Assembly (NCBI GenBank): GCA_002633005.1
Contig: NMRA01000758.1
Location: 100,032-164,031 of the forward strand
DNA from: Phoronis australis
Taxonomy: Eukaryota; Animalia; Phoronida
Direction: 5' to 3'
Length of the DNA stretch: 64,000 nucleotides
Shown: positions 58,814 through 64,000 of the stretch, in pieces
Position numbering within the stretch: the stretch's first letter is position 1
How the letters are laid out: every line of letters starts with the position of its first letter
The notes under the pieces: generated by a model
The model's database searches: none
Told to the model about the DNA's origin: nothing
What the model saw: the letters and a program-made list of their open reading frames with translations, nothing else
Program-made: the position numbers and the translations under genes

Positions 58814-61083
58814 CCCTGCCTAATAAACTCGCGTTCCGTGCAGGAAGCGAACTTTCAATTTATGTCACTTGTTGCTATAAAATTGGTTTCAACATGTTCC
58901 TTACACAGATGGGAAGTGATTTCTAGGTTTGCAAAAAACTGACAGTTCTTTATCCCCTGAGACCACGCTCGACACGCCGCGACAAGCCATTTGCAGAGCC
59001 CGGTCACCTGAAATCACCTCCAATTAAACTAAAGGTTAATTTGAGACCAATTTCATAATGGTAAGTGGTCTAAATCAATTTCCGCTTTAAGCTAATTAGG
59101 TTACAATTAATTAGGGCCTCGCAAAGTTAGGACCCGCGCACCGTAGCTACAAGAAGTCCTCGAAAGTTGTGGACGCACTTTGACAATCAGGGACAGTTCA
59201 TCTTACTATAGGAGCCCAAGGATCTTCAAAATACCTTTCTCTGCCACTGCCTTTGAACAATACAACCAGCTGCTGGTAGTGAGGTTCTTGTTTTTTGGCT
59301 TTCACATGTACAAAACAACTCATTCGACAAGGTTTTAGAGTTTAACCTTGGGACTATATCTTTACATCAGATTCGTTTACGCACTGCTACAAATAAACTG
59401 ACATTGCAAAACAAATTCAAGTAACACTTGCTTCTTTTTATAGAAAATTTATTTGGTACTTGAAATAGAACTAGGTTTCCTTCGAGCAAAATATAAGTTT
59501 GCTGAGTTCCAACATAAATGATTAGTTAGTCATATCTTGGGTGACGTAAAACGAACAGCATTACTTTTCAATGAGGGAGTGAAAAAAGATGAACGATTCA
59601 GTGACTTCTGAAATCCCACACTCTAAGTGATGGCGATGCTCACGTTTGATTACCATGGAAATGTGTAATTATCAACTTTGTTGTTTAAATGATTAAAAAC
59701 CCGGAGGGGACATCATCCTCTGTCAACATCAAGTTGGAGGGCACTGAAGGGTACAACGAACATTCTCAGTTCATCGATACCCCCGAGTACCAGATCAGTT
59801 GTGCGAAACATTTAAGCTTATAGGCTAGCATATACAAACAAACAAGCACCAAGCACGAATCAAAATTATTTTCCTGACGGCAGGATAAATTCACAAAGGG
59901 TAAATGCCTTTAAGAAGAACACAACATGGGAGGAACACGATCCCGAGCGGCGGCTGCCGGAGGTGGACATTTAGAGTGAAATTAAAAGACACAAATGCTT
60001 TTTAATTTTTTGAAGAAGTCGCAATGATTTTTTGATGTTTTTAAAGAACGAAAATATAAAGTGCTATAATTGAAGTCCAGAAAGAGCTAGTGTACATTAT
60101 GAGTTACTCTAAAGCATAAATCAACTTTGAATTATTTTCGCAGAATAAAAGCCAATTCTTGAAAAGCCACAAGACGTAAATCTAAGATTTTCAGTTGAGC
60201 ATTCAAGCAGCGCTATCTGATTCTTAAGCGTTAGAATTCGACTATACATAAGTTAAACAACGAACGTATCTAAATCATGACTAAACGCCACCGCATTCAA
60301 AAGAGTCAACGTAAGTTCAAGACGTGTGGCAAGAAACGTTTTGAAGAGTTGGAGAGAAATTAATGAAAGAAATTGAAGTTCAATATCTGAAATCGTCTCC
60401 TATTTCGCTCATTTTCTGTAAGACAAAATCCTATTCAGTTGTGGCTCAATGATTTCGATTGCTCGCATTTCCTTTAGGGCAACCTTCAATGAAATGACGA
60501 AATACGAATCTAAGTCAGGTCGTACCTTCTTAGTATGAATAAAAAATAACCACGTGGCCTCGTTTTCGAGTTGTTCGCTTGACTGGAATGGTAATATAGA
60601 AAAGCCAAATTAAGACTCGTCGTCAACTATGTGACATATCAAAAGTCCGCTTACAGAGAAGTAGTCCCTCCTGTGGATGTTCAAATTTCATTATTCAAAT
60701 CTGATAAATGTAAAACATCATACATCAAACCAATACACGTGTCATGTTTTGTGTCCGTAACTGCTCTATCTCAACTCTGCCACTATTGGAACCAGTTTTA
60801 TGTGTCACAAAAAGTTCATTATAAACTCACCCTGAGTTCAGTAACGTTAGGCCCTCGGTAAAAAGCAAGACTTCGAGAGATTACGTGAGAAATTGCCGTG
60901 TATTTCAACACTAGTTTTGGCTAGATTTTAGCTAGGTTCTAGCGTAGGTCCTAGCGTTACTGAACTCTACCCAGATTTCGTAAAAGTCGATACTATGAGC
61001 GTATTGATAAAACATTAAGGCATTTTTATGAAGGTCCTTTTGTTTGAAAATTGATTTTTTATTACGGATTGGCAATACGTTAT

Positions 61084-63570
61084 CAGGGCCGTAGGAAGCG
61101 GCGGGACCGGGGGGCACGGGCCCCCCAAAATTTTCAGGCGTCAGGGTTAAACCGTGTCAAGCGCCATACGCATGCGGCGGGGACAGTCGAGAAAAGAAAG
61201 ACTGCTAAATGCGAATAAGAGAAAATTCCTTAGAACATAAGTGCATGGTTTACCTTTTGAGGACCCTGGCCAGGACATTGTTGTTGGAGTCTCCGCTTTC
61301 GCAGGACAGGTCATCTAAACGCACTTGAAAATGTCCACGTAATGATTCATGCATATATTTTGAAAAATCAAAAAAAATTGTAAACCGAAGCTTTTGCGGA
61401 GCGTATTAATTTACCGTATTTTTAAATTCAACGAGTCAATTTTGACTACAAAACCACATTTCCAGAGGCCCCTCTCTGGCAAGGGATAACGGAGACAACT
61501 GTCGCTTTTTTCTCGAATTGTATATCACGTGAGAAAAATTGATAATCTGACATCAATTGCTGCACATTTCTTGATTTTTCAAAATATAGTTATTTTCATA
61601 TTGAGGGGCCCCACCCTTGAAGGAGACCATTGATGACATTCTAGTGGCCACCCTTTTCATGTTTTTATTGACAAATTCTTAAGGGTCCACGGCTAGAGGG
61701 CCCAAAGTTGGACTGAGTTACGTCTAGTTTCCTGTTTTTCGTGAAATCGTGCAACCGTCTTTCATGTTGAGGAAAGTCACTTCCTGTACCGTCTTGTGAC
61801 CACACGAAAGTGGAATGAACTGTGACTTTTTTCCAAGCTTAATGATCTTTAGCCTTTCATAATTAAGATTTCCTATTTCAGACGGGACCTCTCTCGGTGG
61901 AGCAGTTCGGAGAAATTTCCCTTTGTCCCTATTTACATGTAAATCCGACATTGCCAAGTATTCACGAGGGAAGTTTAGATTCCAAATTCATCAAAAAAAA
62001 ACACAAAAAAAAAACACAAAACATTCGTGCAGAGCAAAGCAGTATCAAGACATTCTACCCAAAACAACCAAAATTTGTGAAAAAATACAATAGGATTGAC
62101 CGCCATCGAAAGGGTTGAATTTTGAAGAACGCGAAGACCGCTATTTGTTAATAACACAAAAAGGACAATTTCCAATGGTTAGTTATAGAATAATGTTACT
62201 GTTTCCCATAGTATCACACGAATAGTATCTCTTCTGAAAATGGTTGCTCTTAGTTATTGGTAAGGATTTCCCACATGTGTAAAACACAGCTGTCGAGGCT
62301 ACGTTGGAGTGACCGTGTACATGTCGAACGAGTGTACTCAAATACTTGCAATAATAAACAAATGTTTCAGTTTTTTGAGCTCAAGTTCAACTCGTGAACC
62401 GTTATAGGTACCTTGGAAATGAACAAAAATACACCTTACTGTGAATGCCCAATCTCCCATTTTTCCCCGGTTACCCGGCAAAAATCTGCGAGCATGCGGA
62501 AAATGCTTATAACATTCCGTTTTGCTCAAAACAAATTCGTTGGTTTCTGATTTACATGTTTTTGTATCTAAGAAAACCGACAGGTTAATAGGTGATTTTT
62601 GATAATTACGATTCAGGGAATTAAGTTGAAGCCTGAATATGGAAAAAAACTCCATAATCCGATCCCCAAATAGTAAAGTGCACTTGGACGCTTTTTGCCT
62701 ATCTAAAATAACTTTCAAAGACATTGATGAAATTTGGACACTTCTCAAAAATTTACTCACAATTCAAATGACAATAAATGCATTGCTTTTTGACTTCGGT
62801 ACAAGGTTTGTTGTTTAAACTCACTAACAGGGGAACAAAAAGGAATTAAGTCATTAAATCAAGGTAAACGCATTGCTCATGGATTTGATTGTTGGTTTTT
62901 GGTTTACATGTTTATGTATAAAAATGGACCGATGGAAATGATAATGCTTCAATGAACTTAGTTGCAGGCCGACTATGGGAAAATTCGTACAATAAACGAG
63001 TTTTGTCTGAATTAAGTCTCAAGGAAATTGATGAATTTCGGACAACACTACAAAGTGTCCCAAAATGTTCTCACAATTCGAATAACAATAAATTGTTTAT
63101 TGGCTTAGGAACTATATTACTGGGTTTAAGTTTACAAACAGTAGATAGAAAAAGAAGCTAAAATACTTCAACAAATAAAATCTAACTTATTGGTCATCAA
63201 TTTGGAAAGGTTCTCTTTGCACTTCTTTGATGTTTTTAGTTTCTAGTAGTATTACGCAATGAATTTTTGTTCTTCAAAACTGAATCGTTTGCTTGTATTT
63301 CCCGTGCATACTACACACTCACGACATGCGCGCACCCAGCCTAAAATATAGGGGGCCGCGAATTTTTGAGGATGTGGACCTTTTACTAAAAAAATGGAAT
63401 ACGGGATCCGTTCAGGGCTATGAATTGTGCGTACGCCGAATTCCTGCCTTAGTTGTCTTTTGTCTCGTTTTCTCGAACTTTTTGTTTCTTTGAGGTGGAC
63501 CTTTCTGTCCACTTTTCCATATGGAGGGATCGTTCAAACCCCTCGAGCTCCCCCTCCCGGGTGCACGTAT
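61084..63570 (+). mobile_element. Possible decayed hAT element (left end and weak transposase C-terminal remnant); right boundary uncertain
   Basis: cagggccgtaggaagcgg...ggggcacgggcccccc is a typical hAT-type left end; ~62800-63000 weakly resembles a dimerisation domain (VNALLM...NGP...LW...KR). Confidence 0.3.
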
Positions 63571-64000
63571 GCATGGCACACCCACGTTAAAAATAAGGTG
63601 TAACCATGCTGTAGGCCTGCATAGAATCTATGTTACCAACGGGAACTGAATTTGAACTCCAGACGTTGAAGTGTGTACATTTTGGGGACACACTCTGTAT
63701 CAATTTCCTCAGCAACCAGAAACTGGACTACCGGCTGTGTTTCATATAGGGATTCTGAAACGGCCACAAAGGTACTCATACCAGGCACCTCGGGACCTCA
63801 CCTTTTCAGGAAATTATTTCAAAAAATGGCCATAATAAAATGCAGTTTTCCCCGAAACTGGATCATAATAAAACAAACCTTGACCTTCAACCCAGAGCAG
63901 AGGAATAGGTACGAATCCACTGTTGGAATCCAGCTAAAGTTACTTCAGGCAGCTCCCAGCTACCTGTCAGTGCCGGCGCTGGCCCTAGACCCCATTCTTA

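Overview
Eukaryotic (invertebrate, probably lophotrochozoan/mollusc-like; taxon is inference) genomic DNA with three spliced protein-coding genes. (1) ASCC3 (Ski2-like dual-cassette helicase) on the minus strand: 30 coding exons reconstructed by eye from 39235 to 15517 (~1755 codons, all GT-AG, phases consistent). The C-terminal ~430 aa were not found, so the gene apparently continues beyond position 1 across a >15.5 kb intron. (2) Inside that presumed intron, on the plus strand, an uncharacterised single-pass receptor gene (SUEL/rhamnose-binding-lectin-like domain, CUB, Thr-rich stalk, TM, 19-aa tail; exons 1581-12725, first exon not found). (3) A TMEM47/VAB-9-like claudin-superfamily gene (plus strand, 4 exons, 42349-57254, 197 aa), head-to-head with ASCC3. 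Introns hold many mobile-element relics: a TTAA-flanked Kolobok element with decayed THAP and KolX/P2X7-ballast-like frames, a 107-bp near-perfect foldback with Penelope-type minimal hammerhead ribozyme motifs on both strands, an RNase H-bearing LOA/I-group LINE split by a TIR element with a 6-bp TSD, a CR1/L2 RT fragment, SINE and MITE relics, and minisatellites, several of which duplicate ASCC3 splice sites. No database searches were run; family names come from motif recognition.
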